The translations under genes were made by a program, and so were the position numbers. A stretch of 64,000 bases of DNA, taken from an uncultured Gammaproteobacteria bacterium. Its GTDB lineage: Bacteria > Patescibacteriota > Microgenomatia > UBA1406 > GWC2-37-13. The notes below the pieces were generated by a model that did not search any database, was not told the origin of the DNA, and saw only the letters and a list, made by a program, of their open reading frames with translations. Within the stretch, counting starts at the first letter, position 1. Each line of letters opens with the position of its first letter. Location of the stretch: assembly GCA_964562055.1 (NCBI GenBank), contig CAZLSE010000001.1, positions 28,062 to 92,061 on the forward strand, in the 5' to 3' direction. Positions 29,051 to 38,549 of this stretch are shown piece by piece.

Positions 29051-31000
29051 ATGACAAACATCACCGACCTACAAACACTTGCCAAGCGTGTGCGAAAAAA
29101 TATTGTTACCTCTACAACTGCAGCGGGAACAGGACATCCTTCTTCATCTCTTTCTGCTGTTGAGCTTACTGTTCCGCTCTTTTTTGACGGGTACTTCAAG
29201 CAGGATACTACGCATCCGGAATATATTTCAAACGACCGTTTTGTTTTATCGAAGGGGCATGCTGCGCCCCTCTTATTTTCACTCTACGAGGCGGCGGGTG
29301 TGATTACCGAAAAAGAACTTCTTACTCTTCGTAAGTTTGATTCACGACTCCAAGGCCACCCAACCCCCGAGTTCCCTTATGCAGATGTTACAACGGGCAG
29401 TTTAGGGCAAGGGCTTTCGGTGGCAGTTGGTATGGCGATGGGAATACTAAAAAAATTTCAAATTTTAAATTCTAAATTTCAAATTCCGCGGGTTTATGTT
29501 CTTCTGGGTGATTCAGAGTTTGCAGAGGGACAAAATTATGAAGCACTCCAGCTTGCCGGACACTATTCGCTTTCCAACCTTATTGCCGTACTTGATGTGA
29601 ATCGGCTTGGACAACGCGGGGAAACTCAGCTCGGATGGGACGTGAAGACATATAAAAAACGTTTAGAGTCGTTTGGATGGGATGTAGTAGTAATAGAGAA
29701 TGGGAATTCTCTGGAGGAAGTATCTGCAGTGTATAGGTCTCATCTCACCGCACAAAGATCAAAACCGCTCATGCTAATTGCTAAAACAAAAAAAGGTGCG
29801 GGCGTGCAGTTTATGGAAGATAAAGACGGATGGCATGGTAAACCTATTCCGGGGAATCAACTTGAAGAAGCTTTGCGTGTTATTGGAGATTTTGACACTA
29901 CTATTGTGGGAACCATTACGAAACCATCAATTACAAATGACAAATTACAAATAACAAATCAATCCTCAAATGCCAATGACCAAACGTTACACGTTACACG
30001 TTACACGCTACACGACAAAGTAGCCACCCGTGAGGCGTATGGTCAAGCGCTTGCAGACTTGACACAAAAAAACAAGGATGTAATTGCACTTGATGCTGAA
30101 ACATCCAACTCCACCTATGCAGAGTTTGTTAAAAAAGAAACGCCCGAGCAATTTATTGAAACATATATTGCTGAACAAAATATGGTCTCGATGGGCTTGG
30201 GTATGTCTAAGGTGGGCTGGATACCGTTTGTGTCGAGCTTTGCCGCATTCCTCACCCGTGCATTTGACCAGATCCGTATGGCTCAGTATTCAAAACCCAA
30301 TATGACTGTGGTTGGCTCACATGCTGGTTGTTCCATTGGACCGGACGGGGCTTCACAAATGGCACTTGAAGATATTGCCATGATGCGAAGCGTACGTGAA
30401 AGTGTTGTGCTCTATCCATCAGACGCAGTCTCTACCTATGTTCTAATTCATCAGGTTGCAGGTCTTACTGGTCTTCACTATATTCGTACCACACGTGAAA
30501 AAACCCCGGTACTATATGGACCCGACGAGCTGTTTCCTGTTGGAGGACTCAAAATACACTATGCGTCTCGTGTAACGCACAACGTAAATCGTGAAGCGTC
30601 TGGACAAAGAGATAATACGTTACACGCTACACGCTACACGACCGACGCGGTAATTATAGGCGCGGGTATAACGCTCCATGAGGCGCTCAAGGCGCAAAAA
30701 ATACTCAGTGAAAAGAAAGTTAATACTGTCGTAGTAGATTTATACTCGGTAAAACCACTTGACGGCAACACTATTGCAAAACTTGCTCAAAACACAAAAA
30801 AACTAATAGTTGTTGAGGACCACCACGCCGCTGGCGGCATTGGTGAAGCCGTGCTATCTGAACTTTCGACTTTCGACCTTCGACTTTCGACTCAATTTAT
30901 CCATTTATGTGTCCGCAAAGAACCCCGCTCAGGAACGCCTGAGGAGCTTATGCGGTATGAGGAGATTGATGCCGAGGCTATAATAAAAAAAGTAATATAG
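29051..31000 (+). CDS. tkt: Transketolase, N- and C-terminal halves fused, with repeat-derived insertions
   Basis: TPP-binding half (GHPSSSLS, GSLGQGLSVAVGMA, LLGDSEFAEGQNYEA) and pyrimidine-binding/C-terminal half (KVATREAYGQAL, YIAEQNMVSMGLGM, GPDGASQMALEDIAMMR). Confidence 0.9.
   Translation: MTNITDLQTLAKRVRKNIVTSTTAAGTGHPSSSLSAVELTVPLFFDGYFKQDTTHPEYISNDRFVLSKGHAAPLLFSLYEAAGVITEKELLTLRKFDSRLQGHPTPEFPYADVTTGSLGQGLSVAVGMAMGILKKFQILNSKFQIPRVYVLLGDSEFAEGQNYEALQLAGHYSLSNLIAVLDVNRLGQRGETQLGWDVKTYKKRLESFGWDVVVIENGNSLEEVSAVYRSHLTAQRSKPLMLIAKTKKGAGVQFMEDKDGWHGKPIPGNQLEEALRVIGDFDTTIVGTITKPSITNDKLQITNQSSNANDQTLHVTRYTLHDKVATREAYGQALADLTQKNKDVIALDAETSNSTYAEFVKKETPEQFIETYIAEQNMVSMGLGMSKVGWIPFVSSFAAFLTRAFDQIRMAQYSKPNMTVVGSHAGCSIGPDGASQMALEDIAMMRSVRESVVLYPSDAVSTYVLIHQVAGLTGLHYIRTTREKTPVLYGPDELFPVGGLKIHYASRVTHNVNREASGQRDNTLHATRYTTDAVIIGAGITLHEALKAQKILSEKKVNTVVVDLYSVKPLDGNTIAKLAQNTKKLIVVEDHHAAGGIGEAVLSELSTFDLRLSTQFIHLCVRKEPRSGTPEELMRYEEIDAEAIIKKVI
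29454..29488. repeat. Heptamer micro-array, AATTTYA family, 5 units, inside tkt
   Basis: AATTTCA AATTTTA AATTCTA AATTTCA AATTCCG. Encodes KKFQILNSKFQIP. Confidence 0.75.
29930..30016. repeat. Two abutting heptamer arrays (ATNACAA x5-7, then ACGYTAC x4.7) forming the inter-domain linker of tkt
   Basis: ATTACAA ATGACAA ATTACAA ATAACAA ATCAATC CTCAAAT..., then ACGTTAC ACGTTAC ACGTTAC ACGCTAC ACGAC (29984-30016). Encodes ITNDKLQITNQSSNANDQTLHVTRYTLHD. Confidence 0.8.
30617..30642. repeat. Heptamer micro-array, ACGYTAC family, 3.7 units, inside tkt
   Basis: ACGTTAC ACGCTAC ACGCTAC ACGAC. Encodes TLHATRYTT. An inverted copy CGTGTAACG lies at 30569-30577. Confidence 0.8.
30864..30891. repeat. Heptamer micro-array, TTTCGAC family, 4 units, inside tkt
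   Basis: TTTCGAC TTTCGAC CTTCGAC TTTCGAC. Here it is read in the sense orientation and encodes LSTFDLRLST. Confidence 0.85.
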
Positions 31001-31019
31001 AATCAGGCTAACTACACTC

Positions 31020-33683
31020 TTATGCTTTTATAGAAAAAAGTCGAGTTTCCAATTTCTTAAGTTTTACTCCTATTTCGTGTACTTGACTCTTAAATCTATC
31101 ATGATCTAGTTCTACAGCTAAAGTAGTCAAAATTCGTAATCTATTATAGTCGTGTACATTTTGAGGTGATGCTTGTATTTTTAACTCTCCAAGAACAGTT
31201 GCAAAACGTACATCAATACTCGTTATCCATTGATCAAGTGACTTACTAATGGTGTCAGCCAGCGCTTCCTTTTCATCTTTATTAAATGCACCTGCTAAGA
31301 GTGAAAGATTTAAATAATTTGTGATAGTTTCTATATCCTTACTTTCTACTGCGGCTGTTCCTATAGGACTAATTCTTGTAATATATTCTCCTGCGATATT
31401 TTTTATATGTGGGAGTACTTGCCCTAGTACTGTTTCACCTAAATACTTTGAGTGTGGAAGTTGTCTGCGTAAATTAAATATCCATACCGGCAATATTTCT
31501 GTATAAATGAGCGGATCACCAGAAGCGCCTGAAACAGCAAAAATCTGCTGTAATCTATCTCCAAGTATCTGAGATACAACTTCGTCTCCACATGACTCCA
31601 CCAACATTTCCATTGACTCATATGCTCTCAAGGCGTATTCATCGCTGGTTAATAAACGTCTTGCGTTCGTTTTATCCGTTGGTAAGTTTGAGTTGATTAT
31701 TTTTCTAACAAGTGTATGACGTAGTTGTGTCAATGCATTAATTATTGTACTCGATGTTAATTTATCTAAATTGCCCAACATAGTTGGCGCCCACTTAATT
31801 GCATTAGACAAGTCAGCAAGTGCAATATAGCCAAATAATTTGTTTTGCTCCATACTTTTAAGTATGGTCTCACCCACATCACTGTGTAGCCCTTTAGAAC
31901 CTTCACTCTCATACGTTGTTTCTTGTGATAAATTGTATGCAAAGCTATACAGCTGGAGGAGAGAAACTTGTACTGACGGTCGGTTTATTCTGTCTAATCC
32001 TCCAATAGGTATTGAACGCTGATAATCTCTGCCTAACTCTTGAATATTTTCTTGCGTCCACATCGCACCACGTAGCGTATCATTATTAAACGCAACTGTT
32101 GCATCCTGGGTTGCTCGAACGGAAGGATGTATAAATAATCCACTCGTTGCCATGTTCATACTCCTCTGTCCAAAATGTACTCCATCATCCTCTTTTCCAG
32201 GGGTCAAACCAGCTCCAAGAGCAAGCATCGATACAGACGGAAACAATATAGACAAACCTGCGACGGGATCTTTTTCCTTAAGACTTTTTACCAGACCGGT
32301 AGTTCCCTCGTTTACGAGTGAAAGTGTTTCTACGTCAAGCGTAGAAAACAGCTCGAATGCTTTTGGTATAAGGTGCTGAACGCTCGTTTTTGAGTTTGCG
32401 CTCTTAGCGTTATACAACCATCCTAACATTTCTGTATGCATTAAAAATGCACTCAAATCCTTTAGACGTGTTGGAGTAAGTTTACGTAAATTCTCAATAC
32501 TCTCGTCTGAGCGATTTTTGAAGTTTATTACTGCCCGAGCAACCTCATCAGTTATTCCAAGACTTTTATAAAACGTGCTTCTCACGGCAGTATTTTGTAA
32601 TACTTCTTTACTACTTAATAACTGTCGCAATCTTTGTTGATAATGCAACGAATCCACTAAAATTGTGAGTACATTCCTCCACCCACTCGATTTGATTTTA
32701 TCACTTTTAATGATTTTAATAAGATCAGTAATTGTTGCAAAGTATCTTTTATGATGGGCAATTCTAATCAATCCAACCAGACCAAAACCAAGCAGTGCAA
32801 GCGGAATACTTGTCCACCCACCTTCAAGAAAGTTTGCTGGATTAGCTTCGAAACTTATTGTTTTTTCTGCCTTTGATGTTAATCCGGATACTGCTGCGCC
32901 TGCTGCGGTAGTTAACAAACCGCCCCCAATTACAACACCTTTGCGTATTGATGAATCACTTGCAGCCCTACTCATTACAAAAGAGGGGATAAATCCAAGC
33001 GCCCCAACACATCCGCCCTTCAAAACATCTTCAACATAATCCGGATTTAGAACTTCCTGTTGAGTTGGAGGAATAATATTTAATATGCCAATATCAACAC
33101 CAACCAATGCCAGTGCCGCTGCGGTACCTAACAGTGCATCCTTCACATATTGAAACTTCTGAGCTTCTTTTGGAATTCCATCGTGTTCAAATAAAGAGTT
33201 TGGATCTATGTCGCCCTTAATAGGTAGTCCATTTCCAATAACCTGATCATTTAACATATCTAACAGTGCAGGTCCTAATTTTGATCGGGCTTTTAAAAAC
33301 CGCTCGTACTGTACCGTGCCGTTTTCATCCACTAAACCGTTCAGCGTGTCCAAAAAGATACTTCGCCGTATATCTTTATATGCGCCTTCGTTTACAATTT
33401 GCAGCCACATATCAATCAGACCAGTAAGTCCGAGTGTCATATTTTCATGGAAATTGATGTTTACAGTCAGGTTTCCATCTGATGTTTCCTTAAGTGAGCG
33501 ATAAAATCCGTGGATTGGACCATTGCTGCCAATGATGGGTATGTTGCGTAGCGCTCCATACCTCAAGGCAAGGCCACCTGCGGGAGTACTCACTGTTTTA
33601 ACGGCAAGCTGTGCGAGAGTATGTGTTTTTTGACCAAGCATTGCCAAGCCTTCTTTTAGTTTATTAGATTTTTTTTCTGCCAT
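31020..33683 (-). CDS. Large polytopic membrane protein (887 aa), unknown function
   Basis: About four Gly/Ala-rich TM segments (ALLGTAAALALVGVDIGILNII, GGCVGALGFIPSFVM, VVIGGGLLTTAAGAAVSGL, SIPLALLGFGLVGLIRIA) lie between two soluble regions. Last gene of a same-strand trio. Confidence 0.6.
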   Translation of the reverse strand: MAEKKSNKLKEGLAMLGQKTHTLAQLAVKTVSTPAGGLALRYGALRNIPIIGSNGPIHGFYRSLKETSDGNLTVNINFHENMTLGLTGLIDMWLQIVNEGAYKDIRRSIFLDTLNGLVDENGTVQYERFLKARSKLGPALLDMLNDQVIGNGLPIKGDIDPNSLFEHDGIPKEAQKFQYVKDALLGTAAALALVGVDIGILNIIPPTQQEVLNPDYVEDVLKGGCVGALGFIPSFVMSRAASDSSIRKGVVIGGGLLTTAAGAAVSGLTSKAEKTISFEANPANFLEGGWTSIPLALLGFGLVGLIRIAHHKRYFATITDLIKIIKSDKIKSSGWRNVLTILVDSLHYQQRLRQLLSSKEVLQNTAVRSTFYKSLGITDEVARAVINFKNRSDESIENLRKLTPTRLKDLSAFLMHTEMLGWLYNAKSANSKTSVQHLIPKAFELFSTLDVETLSLVNEGTTGLVKSLKEKDPVAGLSILFPSVSMLALGAGLTPGKEDDGVHFGQRSMNMATSGLFIHPSVRATQDATVAFNNDTLRGAMWTQENIQELGRDYQRSIPIGGLDRINRPSVQVSLLQLYSFAYNLSQETTYESEGSKGLHSDVGETILKSMEQNKLFGYIALADLSNAIKWAPTMLGNLDKLTSSTIINALTQLRHTLVRKIINSNLPTDKTNARRLLTSDEYALRAYESMEMLVESCGDEVVSQILGDRLQQIFAVSGASGDPLIYTEILPVWIFNLRRQLPHSKYLGETVLGQVLPHIKNIAGEYITRISPIGTAAVESKDIETITNYLNLSLLAGAFNKDEKEALADTISKSLDQWITSIDVRFATVLGELKIQASPQNVHDYNRLRILTTLAVELDHDRFKSQVHEIGVKLKKLETRLFSIKA

Positions 33684-33697
33684 ATAGATTTAGTGTG

Positions 33698-34813
33698 TTA
33701 ATCCGTTAACAACTTAAGACTATTCACAACAGCGCGGCTCATTCCTAATTCGATTGCAGGAAGCATCGGATGAGTGGTGGCTCCCCCTACTTCACTCATA
33801 TATTCAAGGTCAAGAAATTTTGCATTTTGATAGGCAGTAGCTGCCTTCCATTCTGAAGTGAGTGTCCTTAGTGTTATAACATAAAGCGGAGTAGTTCGTT
33901 CTTTCATTGTTCCAATAACATTTTGCATTGATAATACTGCATCTTCAGGGGGTCTCTCATCGGTTATCGCTACCAACAAATCGGCTTGTTGTCTTTGTGT
34001 GGTAGTATCTTGAGTAAATGTACCAAGTGCTCTTAAGTATTGAACAAGTTGGAAAATTTTATCACTTTCGCCATATTTTTCATAATATGCGATCATCCTT
34101 CCGATTTGAGGCAGAAGTTGATCACCTGGCCCAAGAATACCGGCTATCGCGGCAAGAGCCTCTGGTATCGACTCTCCTTCGTTGGCACCTCCATTTTTTG
34201 AAGGTGAATAATCAGTAATCGCCCTCAACATTTTTCGAGCCTTTGTTTCTAATTCATCAGACGAATCCGTTAGCTTTACTGTTGTTTTTGATACTAATAT
34301 ATCAATGGGAGGGTCATCTATTAAAGATTTTTTTTTATCTGGCAATGCATCATTTTGTAACCTACTATCACCGGTAGCCGCTATAGTTACAATAAGTTGA
34401 ATTCCGTCCCGCATTAGCTTGCCGCCTTCTCCTAAGCTCAACTGTCCGCTCAATCCTTCTAATAAGGCAGCTTGTGCTGTGCGTAATGTTGATATAGCTG
34501 TTTGAACAAGAGTAGTTACCAGCCACGGTGCGACATTTTCGCGCACATCCTTCGCATCATTATGCATTGAGCCAGTGGCATCTGCCACTATTCCTACCTT
34601 AAAAGTAGGCTGTAATCTCATCAGTCTTTCAATTGCCGCCTCACGTTCAAGACCTGCAGACCTACCAAATCCAAATCCTGCTGGTCCACCATCTAGTGTC
34701 ATGTGGCTAATTGTGTCGGCTGGTATTATGCTTTTCGCAATATCACGTACAGCGATAGCTAATCCAGGTTTCGCACTTGGAGATTCGTTGTGTGAAAAAG
34801 GTGTTGTAGTCAT
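33698..34813 (-). CDS. von Willebrand factor A (vWA) domain protein, no signal peptide
   Basis: MIDAS-like VGIVADATGSMHND (DxTGS), later GESIPEAL and LLVAITDERP. No N-terminal hydrophobic segment. Confidence 0.6.
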   Translation of the reverse strand: MTTTPFSHNESPSAKPGLAIAVRDIAKSIIPADTISHMTLDGGPAGFGFGRSAGLEREAAIERLMRLQPTFKVGIVADATGSMHNDAKDVRENVAPWLVTTLVQTAISTLRTAQAALLEGLSGQLSLGEGGKLMRDGIQLIVTIAATGDSRLQNDALPDKKKSLIDDPPIDILVSKTTVKLTDSSDELETKARKMLRAITDYSPSKNGGANEGESIPEALAAIAGILGPGDQLLPQIGRMIAYYEKYGESDKIFQLVQYLRALGTFTQDTTTQRQQADLLVAITDERPPEDAVLSMQNVIGTMKERTTPLYVITLRTLTSEWKAATAYQNAKFLDLEYMSEVGGATTHPMLPAIELGMSRAVVNSLKLLTD

Positions 34814-34868
34814 AACTTATATTTAATACTATAGTATTATATCATAAATCCTATAATAATTCAAGTTA

Positions 34869-37800
34869 TCAAAAATCCCCTACAAATTGTGATACAGGTT
34901 CAAGCTTTAGGGCGTTAACCGCACTATCGTATCCAGCTAGACCACCTTGAACTAGAGTGGCAAATACATTATGTATTGCAAGCTCTGCAAGCTTTTCACG
35001 CTCCATATCTCTGCTTAGAGGTATTGGTTTTATTGCGTCAGAACGTATTACTGAAGAATTTTTCATCATTGATCGCAACCATGCAATTACCGGCATCGTC
35101 CAGTTGTATTGTAAATTAGCAGCTGATATCTCATAGAATGTAATGATATTATCATTTTCTGTAGTTTTTTCGCCACTTGAAACCCGCTGTAAATATGCTG
35201 AAAGTCGTATCAAGTGCTTCTGTAGTGTAGTTGCAATAGGGGTAATGTCGCCAATACTTAAAGCTTTTTCTATTGCTTCCCGCTTTACACCTACATAGTG
35301 AAATATGGCCGTAGGATAGGCATTAAGTGTGGTAAATTCATACCATTTTTCTACTGCTTTTAGTGCAGTTTTAAATGATAATTTATTGTGCAATACCAAC
35401 TTAAGCACTTCTGAGGCTATTCTACTTTGGGTTTGTTCGGGAAATGGAAACACGCCAAGATTGGGCCAGTGTGGAAGCAAATTAAGCTTCCAAAACATGA
35501 ACTCTTTGTGATTTTGAAGAAGACCATTAATATCAACTCCCTGAGTAAAATCATAAACCGAAGACTGTATTATTTTTTGTGCAGCCTGTGCATTTTCAAC
35601 CTGCAATAGATCTACTATTTTTTTTACATGAGGAGTCCAACACCCATCAAAAAATAATCTTCTTAATCCACTCGCAAGAGAGGGTATTTTTCCATCTACT
35701 GATTCTAAAAGATATGATACGCCAACAAAATTACTCCACTGTGCATTTAGTGTAATCATTTGGCCTAGTTCACTTTCATCACCCTTTTTAAATACATCCG
35801 GACGCATCTTTTCAAGCAATCCTCTTCTTCCGGATGCAATGACATAGGCTAATTCTTTTACTCGTTGCTCTATTTCAAATTTCTTTTCAAAACGAATCGC
35901 ATTCCACCAGGTTGAATTTTGTAAGCCTTGCAGATATGCATAAAATGATAATATCTTCGTCCCCATATCTGGGGTAAGCCCCACAACTGATTTTGATGCA
36001 AAAAATGGTTCAACATCAGTGTTTATCATGGTTACCGCATCTTCTACTGTCTGTACGAACGTTTCATTTAATGGGAGAGAATTGTCAACCTTCACAAGTG
36101 AATCGAATGATCTTATCATCGTTACATAGTCATGATTACGTCGAGACACTTCAAGATTAAGAAGTGCTGACAACTCCTCAAGAAGTTTTTTTGGCAGACG
36201 CATGTCCTGTAAATATTTTCGGAGTAATTTCTTTTGTCTATCTTTTGAGGCTAAATCGTCTGAATCACACTGCCTAAGTTCACTTATAAACTCCGAACGT
36301 ATTGCATTTACTGTTCTCTTGAGTACAGAACGCATATAAGACTTACTTTTTTCGTTTTTAACATGTTTTATTATGTCGCTTGCAATAACAATATTATTCC
36401 AGTTAATAAGCGAGTTAAAGATATGAGTCATATTTTTTTCATCTCTACTCCGACTTGAAAATTCTTTAGCATTGAATAACTCTTCTGCAGAGTTAACAGA
36501 GCGGGCACGTGTTACAATTTCAAATTCAGAAATCAAATTTAAGAGTCGAATTCGAATATCTTCTCGCACTTTGTGGAATCCCTTTTCAGTTGACATGCTC
36601 TTTATCAAATGCTTCATTTGCTTAATTCGATGACTTGAAAGAGTTTGTGTGTATCGATTTTCTGATATTTCTTCAAACTCCTTTGTGACCTTTGATAATA
36701 GGAGGGTAATCATTTCATATTTAAGTCGCTCAAGCGATGGATAGCCGAACGGATCTATACACCTTAGCTTAATAATCGCACCATATATATCGCCTTTCTT
36801 ATATTCATAATTCCAAACTTTCTCAATAAGGTCATATGCTTGTCTTTCGGTTTTAGAAAGTCTATGAGGAGCCTTTTCTTTTTCACGTAGGATTTTGCTT
36901 TTTGCAAGTGATGCTACCCTGTCAATGGGACGAGGGGTGTCGTGTTGTTCGAGAAAACTTGCAAGGGGTTTTCGGCGTACAACCACATCTTCAATATATT
37001 GATCAACTCGTTTCGAACGCTTAGCTTCTTGTCGACGTCGATGTATTAAGCCTCCCGTTAAACCTGAGGCGGCCACCATCGATGCATATGCGAGTCCAGT
37101 GCTAATTACATACCACATCATGAGTGAAGAACTTGCTTCTGGTATCTGCATCTGAAAAGTCTCCTTCGACTGCCATGACTCTCCACCAGCAGCTTCACCG
37201 CGTAACGTAAACTGAAACGTACCAACAGGTGTAAGTGGCTTACAGGTTATATCGATGTGTTGTGCATCAACTACTGGATCAGCACAAAAAACTTTGTTAA
37301 ACAGTGGTAGAGAATCCAAAATAACGTTTCCAGATTTTTGATTACTTTCAACTTCGATGTTTTCCGACGGGAAATTGTTACCCGTGGTATTTACTTCAAC
37401 ACGAAATTTCACCGTACCACTGCCATCGACTTGAATCATCTCTACTCGCGTGGGGAATGGATTATAAGTAAGAGTGTGTTCAGTGGATGTTTTATTTCCG
37501 GAAAAATCTTGCGCACTTGCAGTAATGGTTGAATCACCTACTTGTGCTTTTTCATTAAATGTAACAACTCCGTTTGGAGATGTGATCGATACATTTTCTC
37601 CGTTAATTGCAACTAGTCCGCCAAGTGGGAGTAATTCTTGCCAATTATCGCTTACTTGATACGTGAGTACACGTTTACCTTCTATAACTCGTTCTTGAAG
37701 GAGGGTGAGTGTTGGAGGTATAGAATCTTGCAGTGTGTCTGCAAATGTGTCATTTGCGCAATTATTTACCACATCACAGATTTCTACCTGAAGATGTTGT

Positions 37801-38405
37801 AGTGTGTTTCGATCAAAGTCAAAAAGCAATGTTGCTCTTCCATCCCCAGCAAATTGAGCTGTTTGGGTTCCGCTTCGTATTTTGCCACCAAAATGAGCGT
37901 TGTTATCTACTAATTTATAATTAACTTGTATTTTGCCATCAGCCATAACTGCTAAACTCTCTACTTGAGCTCCTGGCGGAGTAAAGTCGGAAATAATTGT
38001 AGCTTGATAAAAAGCCTCTGGACTACAGTGATATCCAAATTCTTTACTTGTTTCACAGTGTTTTGCACTAATTGTGAGGGTGTGCGCTCCTTCGGTGCCC
38101 ACATTGACATAAGCAACATTTCCCTCTCCGTCCAAATTCGGCAATATAACAGGCTTTCCTCCGTTCACTCTTACATCAACTACAGCGCCAGGATCACTTA
38201 CTGAATACGTTACGGGAACCACGTCAATTATCTGATTACTTACTATCGAAGGAGGTGCATTACCAATAATCGCGATGGATGGTTTTTGTGCATCAACGCC
38301 CCTTTGCCACGCTTGTTGAGCTTGTTGATCAACTTCTTGGGGAGAGCACGCGGCAAGAGCAGTTGCTATAGTCAAAATACTTGCATACGTTGCTTCTCGC
38401 TTCAT
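34869..38405 (-). CDS. Lipoprotein-type membrane protein: extracellular Ig-like repeats, one TM, about 720-aa helical cytoplasmic domain
   Basis: MKREATYASILTIATALAAC (lipobox LAAC); beta-rich region of about 400 aa; TM LMMWYVISTGLAYASMVAASGLTGGLI followed by RRRQEAKRSKR. The ATG at 38405 is preferred over the TTG at 38441 because a TGGTATAAT box lies between them. Confidence 0.6.
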   Translation of the reverse strand: MKREATYASILTIATALAACSPQEVDQQAQQAWQRGVDAQKPSIAIIGNAPPSIVSNQIIDVVPVTYSVSDPGAVVDVRVNGGKPVILPNLDGEGNVAYVNVGTEGAHTLTISAKHCETSKEFGYHCSPEAFYQATIISDFTPPGAQVESLAVMADGKIQVNYKLVDNNAHFGGKIRSGTQTAQFAGDGRATLLFDFDRNTLQHLQVEICDVVNNCANDTFADTLQDSIPPTLTLLQERVIEGKRVLTYQVSDNWQELLPLGGLVAINGENVSITSPNGVVTFNEKAQVGDSTITASAQDFSGNKTSTEHTLTYNPFPTRVEMIQVDGSGTVKFRVEVNTTGNNFPSENIEVESNQKSGNVILDSLPLFNKVFCADPVVDAQHIDITCKPLTPVGTFQFTLRGEAAGGESWQSKETFQMQIPEASSSLMMWYVISTGLAYASMVAASGLTGGLIHRRRQEAKRSKRVDQYIEDVVVRRKPLASFLEQHDTPRPIDRVASLAKSKILREKEKAPHRLSKTERQAYDLIEKVWNYEYKKGDIYGAIIKLRCIDPFGYPSLERLKYEMITLLLSKVTKEFEEISENRYTQTLSSHRIKQMKHLIKSMSTEKGFHKVREDIRIRLLNLISEFEIVTRARSVNSAEELFNAKEFSSRSRDEKNMTHIFNSLINWNNIVIASDIIKHVKNEKSKSYMRSVLKRTVNAIRSEFISELRQCDSDDLASKDRQKKLLRKYLQDMRLPKKLLEELSALLNLEVSRRNHDYVTMIRSFDSLVKVDNSLPLNETFVQTVEDAVTMINTDVEPFFASKSVVGLTPDMGTKILSFYAYLQGLQNSTWWNAIRFEKKFEIEQRVKELAYVIASGRRGLLEKMRPDVFKKGDESELGQMITLNAQWSNFVGVSYLLESVDGKIPSLASGLRRLFFDGCWTPHVKKIVDLLQVENAQAAQKIIQSSVYDFTQGVDINGLLQNHKEFMFWKLNLLPHWPNLGVFPFPEQTQSRIASEVLKLVLHNKLSFKTALKAVEKWYEFTTLNAYPTAIFHYVGVKREAIEKALSIGDITPIATTLQKHLIRLSAYLQRVSSGEKTTENDNIITFYEISAANLQYNWTMPVIAWLRSMMKNSSVIRSDAIKPIPLSRDMEREKLAELAIHNVFATLVQGGLAGYDSAVNALKLEPVSQFVGDF

Positions 38406-38421
38406 GGGGCAAATTATACCA
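38406..38421 (-). promoter_or_regulatory. Extended -10 box (TGGTATAAT) 7 nt upstream of the ATG
   Basis: The minus strand reads TGGTATAAT-TTGCCCC-ATG. No Shine-Dalgarno sequence is present. Confidence 0.4.
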
Positions 38422-38549
38422 TATACTATGGGTTTTAACAAGATCTTAGAGTATATGACTTATTACCCTATCAAAGTAGTTTAAAAGTTATTTTATTATG
38501 TAAATACACTTTTGCTATAAGATTTAATTCAGAGCTAGTACATTATGCA

